DNA of 64,000 bases. Source: Balanoglossus misakiensis. Lineage: Eukaryota > Animalia > Hemichordata. A program made the position numbers and the translations under genes. The notes under the pieces were generated by a model, which saw only the letters and a list, made by a program, of their open reading frames with translations, searched no databases and had not been told where the DNA came from. Below are positions 38,085 through 51,330 of the stretch, piece after piece (the first letter of the stretch is position 1; each line of letters opens with the position of its first letter). Location: positions 15,048,928-15,112,927 of the forward strand of contig CM082576.2 in assembly GCA_040954595.2 (NCBI GenBank), written 5' to 3'.

Positions 38085-39460
38085 TGTGAAATTTTGGAAA
38101 TGTTTCTTCAAACTGGCAACTTTACAGCAATGTCTCTCTCGCTTCTTGTCGGTCGACACGAACGCTTTCAGGTGGTTGCTTTGGTGTTTTGGTTGGTAAC
38201 GTCGTCAAGGTGACTGCGCATGTCCATGTCATAACTTAAACACGAGAGGGCGTTATGCAACAGCGCCCTCAGCGCCTCTGCAAACTCTGGCGATGTCGCA
38301 AGTGCCTGCCTGAAGCTGCCAGTGTTTTGGGGACGTGCGCTGCCCTTGACCGTGGCTGGATCGTGTAGGTGCATCCACTACCCGCCGAAAGAATTTGTAT
38401 AAAGGGTGACCCAATCTAGAATGGGAGGGGGGGGGGACTGAGGCAAAACTTAAAAAGAGTGTACAGTACAGGGACATGGTCACAGAGACCTGGACAGGTA
38501 CATTATGACCAAATGAAGACACACTTTTATATAATAAAGGACTTTTCCCAACAAATTCAAACCTCACGTCAGAATTTGCCAAATAATGCTGTGGTTACAA
38601 ACCCAAGCAATAGCTGTATTTTTTAGAACTATATTCCAGTATTTTTGTTTCAAATGTTCAGTATGACCACATGATTTCAGAGTTTCCCAATCAGGTTCTC
38701 TGGTTAGTATAGGGTTGACAATTGAAAGGGATTCTCTTTTGTAACTGACACAGGCTAAAAAGATCTCAACCCTCTTTTGAAGCAATTATGATAGAAATAA
38801 TAAGCAATTGTGATTATTTTTATGAGCCATTATCTAAAACATATAGTGTTGCAACTTTCATCAAAATTTCAAACCAAATACATGTAGCTTTATTCCTTGA
38901 AACGAATATATACATACTCCAAAATACATACTAGTAATTTGAACAAACCCAAGTGCCAAAATTTCTCGCTGTTAACTCTATACAGAATTTCAAAAATCAC
39001 AAAAACTACAAACGTAGAAAATTCCACATAAATGCAGAAAATGAACAAAATCTATATACGCTGGTTTGCAATTAGTCCTAACACTGTTGACAAGGGCAGT
39101 TTATCACAGTGTTGAATATGTAAAGGTCGATCATCCTTGAAAATTGTGTTACTTTTCGTTTGACAGACCTATGTTTGGTGTCACATTTAATTTATTCATC
39201 TGAATTAATTTCTATATGTTCAATAGGAACAGGTCATATTCTTGTGCTTGCTTTATACAATATTCAATAAGCAAACCACCTCAATACCAATTTTATACGT
39301 TGCAACCTGATACACAATAGAACAGGACGAGACAAATAGCCTTGCTTTCTGTATAGATAATTTTATTGATCTGCACGGTAGAAATTACATACACAACAAA
39401 CATCTTCTTCTACGATAACCATGTGTGTCCGATGAAAGCTCGTGAACACATACTTCAGTG

Positions 39461-41949
39461 TCAAAATCTAAGGAACTTGCGTTTTGGTTTTGGTAAAGAC
39501 CCATCGGGAAGTTTGGGTCTGTGATGCGGTAGTAAACCTGTGAAATAAAGATAGGTGGCACACAGATTAATTGCTTTGGTTACATCATTAGACAGTTTCC
39601 TTTGCTTGAATGTGCAGCACTTTTCTTATACTCCTCATGCTATAGTGCTTCATATATATACTGTAAAACATGTTATTTTCCCGAGCAATAAATTTTCACG
39701 AAATACACGAGAGCCAAAATAACATGAAAATAAAAAGTCACGTAATTTTTTTTTGGAGATAACGATGCATTAAATGAAATAAGAGAACGTGATAATTAAT
39801 ACTCGCGAAACAGTTGCCTCTTTTGATATTGCGAAAATTTCCTGTCGCGAAAATAACGATGTTTTGAGAGTACACCGTACAAGCATAATCGTACCAGTCG
39901 TTGTCTCGACTCTAAAAAATTACCATGTTAAAACAATTTCTCTGAAAACTAATTTTTCGGTATCTCTGTATCACATCCATGAACTCACCAGCTCTTTGTG
40001 CTTGCTGTACAACTCTTTCTAAATGCCTCTGTTGTTTGCCACAAACACCAGTGATTCTACTCGGTAAAAGACCCCCGTCTTCTCTGATAAACTGTCGTAT
40101 GATTAAAACATCCTGTTGGGAACAAATTAGTTGAAAATTATACAAAACTGCTACTCTTTTGGTGACTCCTCTTTTTACCCTTTCACCACCATGGTTTGGT
40201 CCAGATCTATTGTTTTCTATGGTAAAGTTGGACCTCAATAGAGGGAACTGGGGGTGAAAGGGTTAAGGAAGTATGCACCTCTAAAGTCTTTTTCTTATGT
40301 TTTGATCAAGGCAACTTTAGATTTAGGGGTCACCATGCTAGTTTTTTTTAAATACAAGGCCATGAACTTTAATAGTCGATATTATTATTAGTAAAAGAAT
40401 CACTGCTAGGTCAGCATTTCTTTACCAATGGATTTTCTATGGGTGACAACATTAAACAAAGTTTATCTTAAAATTGAGCATGGTGATGATTTTATTCGAC
40501 CACTGAATTTTATTTCATGTGGCTGAGCTATATGTAGAACTTTAATGATATTGACAATAGCAGAAGTTTGTTTTCTAGCAATCTTCAACGGTCATCCTAT
40601 ATGAAGTGATATTAAAGTGCATGTTCATCCTGAAATAGGAGAAAAGTCATTTAAGGGAAAAACGAATGGTGACCCCACTCTCACAGTCTTCACATCATCA
40701 GTGTAATCATTTGAAGCTGAATTGGGGACTATGAGCTGACTTGCCTTATATGAAATCCGTCTGTTAAGTTTGCATAATGGACAAGCACCATGTGGATTAT
40801 TATCAGGCAAGACGTTGCTGTCATCTTCTACATAAACACCTTCTACCTGTTTGTCAAGTACAAATGAAAATTGTTCAAGTAAGAAAGAAAATCAAAGTTG
40901 ACTAAGCGTTAGACAAATACTTGGTGGTACATCTCCACTAGCCCCCCCCCCCCCCCCCCCCTCTTTGCAGAAATTGCATTTACTATTTACTGTGCGTGTT
41001 TTAATTATCCCAACGCCTAAGGGGTCATTGTATAATACAGTGTAATGTGACTGATTGGGTTTAGAAGCAGAATGAGAATAATGATCTGTCACCCAGAGTG
41101 CAATTTAATATTTAAAACTACTCACAGTTGTCACATTGCCTTCTTTAGTTTCTTTTACTGTAGACAAAAAGAAATTACTTTCATCAACCATATATAATGT
41201 ATACACTAAAATATCCCAAGTTAAGAAAAATAATTATTTTATCTGCCCTAAAAAAGATGATTTTTCAACTGGTCATGCACACCACTAACTGAGCATCATA
41301 CTTTTTGCTACCCTGGGAGGCTGGAAATGTTATTACTATTACTATCTTCTCAAAAACATGTTGATAAACAGATTTGTTGCATTGATTTGAGGAAATGGGC
41401 AGCGTATTGAGGCCAGACGACTCTAGCATTGTACCCTGAGAGTTGATTTGCATGGCACATATGATTGGTCCTACAATGAAGAAAACAGTTTTAATTTAAA
41501 TCATTTCACCTGGCACAGCCTGGTAAGTTACAGAGTCATACATGTACGCGTGGGGGCGCGCTTCACAGTTGGGTCATCATCACATGTATTGGATGAGAAT
41601 GGGATGCCCGTGAATTCCCGCGATAACTTCATTCCTAAAATTGCACAATCCAATCTACACGTACATAAACGGGCGGATAACTTTCAAGTTTCACCGGCGT
41701 GACGCTATGCCAGTCCGGACCTTGTCAATGTCAATAAAGTTCCACCATGCATGGCCCCAGTCATCACAGAATCATTTACTCACCCTGCCTGTACGTCACC
41801 ACATGCCGGGAAACTTGTAATGTTGGCAGTGTCCTCCGTACTAGTGGAAAGATCTTAAATCTATTTAAGTTGTATGGGTTATGTTTTGTGAGAAATGACG
41901 GGACGATCCGCAAACACTGTCTCATATTATTTGCCATGGAGGCAGCCAT
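39461..41949 (-). CDS. MRPS18A: Mitochondrial ribosomal protein bS18 family member S18a (mL66), 5 coding exons
   Basis: Exons approx 41784-41949 (MAAS..., Arg-rich presequence), 41127-41158, 40745-40846 (CPLC), 39989-40112 (DVLIIRQFIREDGGLLPSRITGVC), 39461-39537 (GLLPHHRPKLPDG...). Confidence 0.88.
39661..39870. mobile_element. TA-flanked MITE family A, copy 3
   Basis: TA|CTGTAAAACATG...; reverse-complement similarity to 44195-44398. Confidence 0.75.
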
Positions 41950-42933
41950 GTTTCCCGTGGAATGATCACTAACCCCCTAACACACCAAAAATTAATTACT
42001 GTTTATACTCTCCAAAATAATATGCATCATTGTTGCTCGTCAGATATGAACCATAATTGTACGTAAAAAATGAAGCACGGATTATTACCCTGTTTGTCGG
42101 TGAATGTCGGTCTCAATTTAATTCTCACGTCGAATTTTAAGCCTGCGTGAATTTTAGTTCTCCCAGGGAGTCAAATACTTCAACTCCCTGTTCATAAATA
42201 CTAGTACATGTAGTACTACAACCAGGACGGAAGAGGAAGGGTGGGCCCTGGTTCAGCAATTGGTTGGGAGCGTTTCAAAACAAGTTTGTGAAGATTCAGC
42301 GTGGGGTCGCGTCGAGTGATAATATGTATGTCTATACAAACAAGGAATGATAACGTGAACTTGCGAGAATGTCGCTTCTTTAATTTATTAGAAACAGTTT
42401 TGGAAACACCAACAAACACAGACGCGGTAATAAGTACTGAACGCTGTAAGTGTAAATAATACGTGTAATTTTTACAGCTGCATCTGTTGATTATCGTGAG
42501 GATAGCGCACCGGAAGAGTTGACAAATTGTATTTTTGACACGGTCACCGGATTATACGTGTGTGAACAGATACGTTCCAAGTGACAGACATTATCAAAGA
42601 GTGGTATTTGCCTGGACAAAGACTGGGCTATTTACAAACAACGTGTCAATATTCATCACTACAGCTGTTACCGATATCCGCGGTATATGGTTGGCTGTCC
42701 CACGGTTGCTGGTCAAAAGCTGTTACTCAGATATCTCCATGCTGTCACCAATTTGAATATATATATATATATAGTTGCAACGTGCAAGCAGCGAAAACCG
42801 TTTCGGCGGGGGCCCGCTTGAACTATTTATTTTAGAAATTAATTTCTGTAGACGCGGCACTCGGTTTACCAATACATCAATACCTATGCATGTCGCCAAT
42901 ATATCACTATTTGGATTCAGTGACATTTGTAAT

Positions 42934-45900
42934 ATGTTGGACCGAAGGGTGTTATGGTTGAACTCCCGGTATAACGTCAAGATTTACAGCGTGCTGGCCA
43001 TTATTTTGGCCACCGCTTTCATAATTACGACCAGCGTTTATAACGGGGTGCAGTCACACATGCGAGTGGTGACAATGACAGGACTGAGACCAGAACAACC
43101 ACCTTATTACCCCAGTCCACGCTTTGCTTCCAACCAGAGTGATGTGTATGGGATTATGTTTGATGCAGGCAGCACAGGCACTAGAATACATGTATTACAT
43201 TTCTCAAGAGAAGGCAAAGGTGAGAACGTATAAAAAGTGAGCTTGAGATTTGTCTGTTTTGTGTGTGTGGTAATTTTACTACATGTATATTGATTATACC
43301 GGCATTATTATATTTCACCTGTTGCAAATGGCGTTTAAAATGGCTGAGTTCATTATTTCAAATTATTCGTGTGTGCAGAATTCAGTCCAAAGAGACTCAG
43401 CATGTCATAATGTAAAAACGAGTAAAACGTTTATTAACATTAATTTGTGCAAGCAGTAGATGTGAAACATTATAATAAGAACCCATGATCTTTAATATCT
43501 GGTATAGGTAAACAGAATTTATAGCATATTACGTTTAATAATCATATTTGAGAAGAGCCCCTTGGAATAACAATTTATGATATTCAAGACACATAACACA
43601 TTTTTTGGGGTCAAGATTCTACCGTGCTTTAAAAAAAATCCCAGAATCCCTTTTCCCATTGTTTTGAAATTTGGTATGAAGGTCCCCAGGAAAATCAAAG
43701 TCAGACTTTGTCAAATTGTAAAGAAGTCTACAATTAATTAATGTGTCGATTAACATGATCTCATGATCAACATCCTACATGTGAATGTTTATGACTTTTT
43801 AACCACCAAAGTCCACCATACAAAGGGAATTATGGGCACACTGTTTAATTGATGAAATGCCACACTCCTGTGTAGAGACATAGTCTAGTGCCTTACCTAT
43901 ACATTCTTTCACATTCACAAATTAAGGTCTGAAAGTTGCTCCCCATGATATTGGACAAATGAGCAAAAAAATGCCCCAATTTCAAACTATTTAACTGGGC
44001 CCATTGATAATTCACTAAACTGGCAGCGAATAAACAGAGAAGAAGAAAACACACACATATACTAGGATGTATTCTCACTGTTTCTGTTTTATCCTTTCTG
44101 ACAGATTCCACACTGTACTTATTAGGAGAAGTTTTTGAACAGGTCAAACCTGGCTTGTCATCATTTGCCGAAAATCCTCTCAATGTAAGTAATACTGTAA
44201 AACATTTTATTTTCACGAGTTGAAATTTTTGTGATATCGAGAAAGGCCATTATTTCGCGAGTATTAATTTTCGCGTTCTCTTATTTCATTCACTGCATCG
44301 TTATCTTAAAAAAAATTTACACGACATTTTATTTTCACGCTATTTTGGCTCTCGCGTATTTCACGAAAATTTATTGCTCGCAAAAATGTGTTTTACAGTA
44401 GTTAATCCTGCAGCCCAGCCAAGTACGCACAAAAAATGAGTCCCCCTGGGGAAGAGAATGATCATTGGACTTTGTATCTATGCAAAGTGTATTTACAATT
44501 ATCTGTACAAGAGATGCTTTTTGAAATAATAACTATTCCATTTTATCATTTTATAAAGTGATGGATGGGTTTATGACGACATTTCTTATGTTTACCAAAT
44601 TTTCAAAAGAGCATGCTCCTCCATGACTTTCTGCCAAAACTTCATATATATGCAATTGGACCACAATGATAATATGAATTCTTTGTCTTTATTTCAGAGC
44701 CTTGAAGGTTTAACATTTTTATTGGACATTGCCAAAGAGTCCATACCAGAGTACAAATGGGCAGAAACTCCTGTTGCTTTAAAAGCTACAGCTGGTTTAC
44801 GCCTCTTACCTCAAGATCAAGCACAGAATCTTTTAAATGTGGTAAGTTCTTCTTGTTCTTCAGATATTTTTCGTAATGTTTTTGTCATCTTGAAAAGTTG
44901 TTATCTTTCCTCCGCAGAGGAAGCGTCTATCCAACACAGTGAGTTCAAAATTTCTATAGGCAAATTAAATGTTTTTAAATGTTGGAATGACAAATTTAGT
45001 CAAAATTAAATAGATTCTACCCGGTATATGTTATTCTTTCAGAAATTAGGATTTGACCATTTTCCAAGTGCAAATATTCTCATGCTTGTTGCTAAGTTTC
45101 ACATGTGTACATCATTGTGTACAAATCAAAAACTAAATTAAATGGTATTGGAAAATCTTTTATAAGAAGTTTACTAAAAACAAGCATTTCACAGAGCAAA
45201 TAGAATAACTCTAGTATCTTGGGTAACATATTTACCTTTATCTTGATTTTCAAAAAAAAAAAATAAGTGTAATATGTGTCCCTCTGGATGTAGTTCTTTG
45301 TTAAAATTTTCTTTCTGTCCTGTGCCATTTATGCCTTAATTTGTGTTGTGATATGATCCAATATGGCCAGCTCGCAACCATTATGTTTGGATTTTTTACA
45401 TCAGGAATCATTACACATGATGGAACTGATTTAATTCAAACTGTGTAAAAAGACAGTGTACTCTATAATCTTCATTTAAGCATCTCAAATTGTGTCATTG
45501 TATGATCTACTAAGGCCTTCCGGTTTGCCATATTGTTACATTTATCATTTCCAAACAAATTACTCATACAAGACTGAGGTGCTTATTCAAATATGGTAAA
45601 ATTACAGTGGAACATGTACTGTGATTTATATGTATGCATTCACATCAATCTTTTTCCACATGGGATACAATATGGTCGCCAGCAGCCATTTTTACTGTGC
45701 ACTGTGCCTGTACATATGCATGTCAATTCCTCCTGTTTTTATTATGGTATATGCCGTTTACGGTATATCTTGATTCATAGTATTGTTTGTAAATATTATG
45801 ACAATTGTTTACAGCATTTACATTTTTATAATCCAGCCCTTCACTTAGTACATGTGTATGCATGGCTACCCCAAAAATAATTATACATTGTACAAGATAA

Positions 45901-48900
45901 TTAGTAAATATGAGACATTTCTTAGATAACCAATAGAACCTTCCTTCTCACAATGACTGTGGCATCATCCATGCCCGAAGTCTGTGTTGTAATTATTTTG
46001 AAAATATTCCAATCATAATCACATTTCTGTCCTTTGAATAGAATTTTAACAATGGCTGACCAGGTACGGGTCACAGACTATTGGAGTTGTCTAGCAGACT
46101 GTAAATGCAACTTGAAGTCAACCACTAACTCTTTTCAAAATTTAATTGAAGCGCCAACATTTCTTGACATCAGTATTCCCAGATAACCCCAGCTAGTTTG
46201 TGAAAAAAATGGAAAATTTTATCTGTGGAGAATTTTATCATGAGATATTTTGTAGTTCAACAGAACCGACGGCTGTGCACTGAACAAATCAAAGTATTAT
46301 ACCAATGCAATGTGTTACCAACTGTTCAATTTAAGCCCTACTTTTTTGTGTCACCCAAATTTAATCATCGCTCATCAAATACAAAAACCAATGAAGGCAA
46401 CGATGTTGATATCGCACGCGGTCATTTATCAAATGATTTATTTTTTTCAATGTCCTTGGCCTTTAAATTGTGAACAATCCAGTGGAAATGTATTTTTTTT
46501 TAAAATCAATCCCATTGTGAGAGCCATACATGCTTCACATGCAGTCTGTTATCAATAGAACCCAGTCAAGTACTGAAATGTAATTTAACCGTTTCTAAAA
46601 TGTTATAAGGTATTTACAAAATTGAATGACAAAAACGGTACTCCCCCCCGCCCACCCAAACCCCCACCCCAAAAAAGAGAGTGTCCGCAATATGGTTCTG
46701 GGTATTATCAGTCTGCAAAGCCAGCATACTGACCATATACATGTACAGTACATCTAAATCAGTGGGTTAAAGGAGGAAGTACTTGTAAATGCTTTTCAAA
46801 CCAACCTAGTACAAGTACCTAAAGTAACTAACAGGTCATAAAAGCCAGATACAGAGAGAGAGAGAGAGGGCGAGGGTGGGGGCAAGAGAGAAATGAGGCT
46901 AAGGGCTTTGTGGAGAGAGTGGAGGATAGGTACACAGTAAGTGCGAGCATGTGCTGGACAAGTTCCAGATGGCTGTAAGTGATGGTGGGAAGGTAAGAGT
47001 GATGTTACTGTATAGAACTGTCTGTTGTTGAAGTTTTAGGGAAGATAATGATTTAACTTGAATTTGACAATATACATTACTAGTATCATCTCTGCTCTCC
47101 ATTTTAGGCGTATGATTTATTTCAAGAATCTCCATTTAGGGTCCAAGAAGGTGATGTTTCAATTCTTGATGGCTCTTCTGAAGGTTTATACATGTGGTTC
47201 ACTGTTAATTTTCTTAGAGGTGAGTTTGGTATGCTCAATTCATATTCATTAAGTAGAACTGAGTTTGTTGCTTTGTCATTTGTGGTTCATGAATATTTTC
47301 GATTCTAAACACTGGACATATAATAGGTCTACAAGTAATGACATGAGTAAAGTTTTCTTTTGAAATGCTGCTCACTGTTGAGCATATTATATATATGACC
47401 TCAACATTGAAGGATGCAAGATTTTTTTTTGAAGGGGAGGGGGTTTGCCCGACGGGGGCACCCACTAACTACGGTATCATTGTGACATCTTTCAATGTAA
47501 TCTTTGTTCTCTGGTGTATATTACACAGGTAGCTTTATAGATGCAAATCTTCCGCCAGTGGCATGTTTTGATTTGGGAGGAGGATCTTGTCAGATGGCAT
47601 TTTTGCCGAGATCTTCAAGTACAATATCAACAGCTCCATCAGGTTTTATTCAGGAGACAGAGGCTTTTGGGAAGACTTATCATCTCTATGTACACAGGTA
47701 TGTTAATTAATAGACTTTCTAACAAACTAGACTGGTATACTGTTTGAGGAACTTTAATGAAGGTTACCAGAAAATGTCTTGCTTCAATGAGAATTCATCC
47801 ATGATACTGTACTGGCCTTAGAACCAACACACACACATAGACAGGCAAATGCACTCGAGCTAAACAAAGAATTGTATCATTTATACTCAGCTTGGAGATA
47901 AGTTTGGGCCATTGTCGAACATTTGCCAGCATTTTGCCCAGCCATATTTTACTAAACCTTTCAGACATTTTGTGTCAAATATTTTTTAATTCAAAGTTTT
48001 TTGTGACAGGTGAAAATACAATGAAAGGTTTGATTTTTGAACCTTTTTTATCGCGGGAAAATTACTCAACTTTGAAAACTCGCGACATTATAAAACCAGA
48101 GCTTCTGCAATGTATTTTGTGGTATTTTCTAGAAATACTGGTTTAGATAGGATTGTGTAATAGTTAAAATTGTAAAATTAGTTGCACCAAAAACAGCAAC
48201 TAATTTTGTGAAAGTTTCTTGCTAATCTTTCTTCAATGTTTTATATGAAATCATATGACCATATTCCCTTTATATTTACTTTGATTTTTATTCCTTTTCA
48301 GTTATTTAGGTCTTGGTTTGCAGGCAGCTAGATTGGCTATTTTAGGAGGGGAACAGGAAAATTCAGGTACATGTACATGTATTGTATGATTACAACTTTT
48401 TAGAATCTGTTAGTTTTAAAACAAACTATTGTTTTGCAGACTTACTGAGACAGCGAGTTTTATAGCATGTACACCAAACTTGCAACATATTTAGGGAAAC
48501 TGCTGGGAATATTGTTATAATCCCATTAGTCCCAGGGGATTCATGAAACGAGTCTTGTTTGAACCTGTCCAACTGTTCATTGCCAGAACCCTGCTCCACC
48601 AAGTCTGAACTGATTTCATTCTGGCTGAATTGACACAAGGATATATGAGATTTTTGATCGATTATGTGGTACTATGTTTTGATCCCATTTGTGTTATGGT
48701 AGTTTAGCCCACTACAAGCCAAAACTCACAAATGCCAGAAATGACTTGAATCCAAACCCAGTTTCAAAGTCAGGGTAATGTGTCAGACATGTTGTTGAAT
48801 GTATGTGTGTGTGTAATGTGATTCAATATGGCTGTCTGGTGGCCATCTTGGTTCAGTAGTTTCAGTGTTCTGAGCCAAACGTCTTTGCTTGTAGCCATTC

Positions 48901-51316
48901 CGCATGTACAGGCATGGTGTTAGAACTGCAGTCATCGAGATTCTAGATTCAGTCAAGTCAAGACTCTTCTAATTTCAGGCAGAATAGCAACAAAACTGTC
49001 CAACCCATTGACATTTCTCAATGTCCTATTTTCCTACCAGATTCAGAGAACGTGTTATTTCATACACTATCCAGTCCCTGTCTCCCAACACACCATGAGG
49101 AAGAGTGGTCGTTTGGCGACCTAGAGTACACTGTCAAGGGAGTTGAACCAATCGAGAACAGATACCACGAGTGTTACCAGAAAGCCCTACAAGTTGTCGG
49201 TTCCAAGGTTCACCAACCTGCCGAGCTTCAGATGCAGACAGTGTACGCGTTTTCCTATGTCATTGATAAGATTGAGGAAAGTGGGTTCATAGGTAAGGTT
49301 TCTGGTAAGCATTGATTTCATTGTTATATTGCCTGGGTATTGCTAACTCAAAGCTTGCTTGGCAATAGAACAATCTAATCACCTGTATTAAAGCCTTTCT
49401 CGTCCACGCTGTGCAAGTGATATGGCCGTAAATTCTGTCTATAAAATAAGCACATGCTTCTTGGCTGGTTGGAGAATGCTCTAATAACTGCTGCTATTTC
49501 TGCATAATCTTTTCTAAACTTTTCTAAAACTAACCCTGCAGAGATAAAATGACACAGTGTTGTTAAAACTAACTTAGATTGCTTTGGGGAAAAAAAGCAA
49601 TTTTGGCATCAAAGCAGTTTTGGAATCATTTACAAGTTTTTAAAATATTTTGTATGCAGATCAGACAAGCACTCACAATGACCAATGACAGCACAAATCA
49701 TTCTGTAGTGTCTGTAGTTTGAAATTTATCAGTTTTGCTTCAAAATGTCATAAAATAAATTTAGAAAAAATGAGCGGTGTAACCGCTATGATACCTGTTC
49801 ATTTGCATACCATTTGATTGTTAATTAAACCCCGGTGCGGAAAGGCCAGGGGTTCGGATTAACGTGTGTTTGTATAGTTGTTTATTTGGGAGTGGTCGTC
49901 GTGCATAATGACTGTGTAATTGCTCTCATGTACACAGAAAATAATTGAACACTTCACACTTCCACGCGATTGACAACTGTTTGAATGGCGTGGTTATTGT
50001 TTCCCAGGGACGCTTCTGGAAAGCACTGAAACCAGATTTCTCCCAAAATCATCGTTGTTTCAAAAGCTTGTGTACTTTTTCGTCGATAACTTTATGTTGT
50101 GTGTGTTTATAAAGCCAACTACTGTCGTGTGTGGTGTAATTCTTTATGCTTGGACCTGTTTGGGCCGATTTTCATAGAGCTAAGATCGTTGGTGTTGTCT
50201 GTTGTCAGTCAAACGGCATTAAGATTCGCCACTGATTTGGGGGGGTCTTTTATACCCCGCACCGGGGTTTAAGCAAACATTTACCATGTTTTTTTTTTTT
50301 TACAGAAATAGAGGAACCACAGAGAATTCACATTAGTGACATTAATTTAGCTGCACAGAGAGGTGAGCACTGATGAGTGTGATGTATATATTATGTACAG
50401 TGGGTTAATAATCACAAAAAAATCAGAGCTTTGGCATGTTTGCAGATTGTGGGATCTGCCTGCATGCAAACTACATGCCTAGTAATGTGCAGTTTGCCAA
50501 GACTTACATGTACCTTGAAATTTCTTGATTTTGCAGAGTGCGATGACCCCAGGCTGGATAATGCATTTCTGTGCATGGATCTGATCTTCATAAGTGCTCT
50601 ACTAAGAAGTGGTTTTGGTTTCCATGACGATTCTCAGTTAGTGGTGAGTCATTGCAGTTGGTCAGCTGTAATGGCAGCTCGACCAGTGCAAAGTTACTTT
50701 GAGTTTCTAAGCATCCAAAGAAGTTTTACACTCTAACATGGCCTTCCCTTAAATTTTGGCCAATGCATATTTATGCTTAACACGAATGGTTTGGTTTTCG
50801 TAGAATTACTGTCTTTAACTTTTATTGCTGAATTCATAGAATTGCTACAACTTTTATATCAGAGCTGTCAGAAAATACATGTTTTTAGGGGTAAGGAATT
50901 TGATAATTGACAAAAACTACAATTCCTGGAACTGCCTGATTGTACATGTATGTCGCGTCCCTAAAGATAAAATGAATTTGTGCGAGTTTTAAGAATGTTT
51001 ACCTTTACCTACAGCTTGCAGATGAGTCAAACTGTTCGTGCGTGTTTGATTTAAAAAAATTAATGGACTTTTATTTTCACAGATGTTGCCCACGTTAAAT
51101 TTTTTTTAAAATGGCATTTTAGTATAGAGTTTATGCTGTATATATTCTCTCATCATATGAAAATGTAAATTGTTGAATTGAAATTGATCAGGTGAAGTAT
51201 TTCCCCTACAGCTGCAGAAACAAATAGATGGTGTTGAGGTGAGCTGGGCCTTGGGTGCAGCTGTGAATCTTCTCAATCGGCAACAGGCAGTGGATTACAA
51301 ACAAGCAAAGAAGTAG
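42934..51316 (+). CDS. Ectonucleoside triphosphate diphosphohydrolase 5/6-type (GDA1/CD39 family UDPase/GDPase), 10 coding exons
   Basis: Exons approx 42934-43219, 44105-44183, 44698-44841, 47108-47219, 47529-47697, 48302-48367, 49041-49292, 50306-50362, 50537-50643, 51212-51316. N-terminal hydrophobic anchor; apyrase conserved regions DAGSTGTR, ATAGLR, DGSSEGLYMWFTVNFL, DLGGGSCQ, SWALG. ENTPD5 and ENTPD6 cannot be separated by eye. Confidence 0.92.
44195..44398. mobile_element. TA-flanked MITE family A, copy 4 (opposite orientation), ~11 bp from an ENTPD splice donor
   Basis: TA|CTGTAAAACA ... TGTTTTACAG|TA. Confidence 0.8.
49829..50268. mobile_element. TTAA-flanked non-autonomous element; partial related copy at ~58406-58480
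   Basis: TTAA|ACCCCGGTGCGG ... CCGCACCGGGGT|TTAA. Confidence 0.65.
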
Positions 51317-51330
51317 CCCTGGTGTGTCTT

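Noticed and set aside
42775-42933. N-terminal extension of the ENTPD ORF in the ORF track
   Set aside because: It starts at a TTG and crosses a likely splice acceptor at 42920; the first plausible ATG is 42934, probably preceded by a non-coding exon (candidate donor near 42447).
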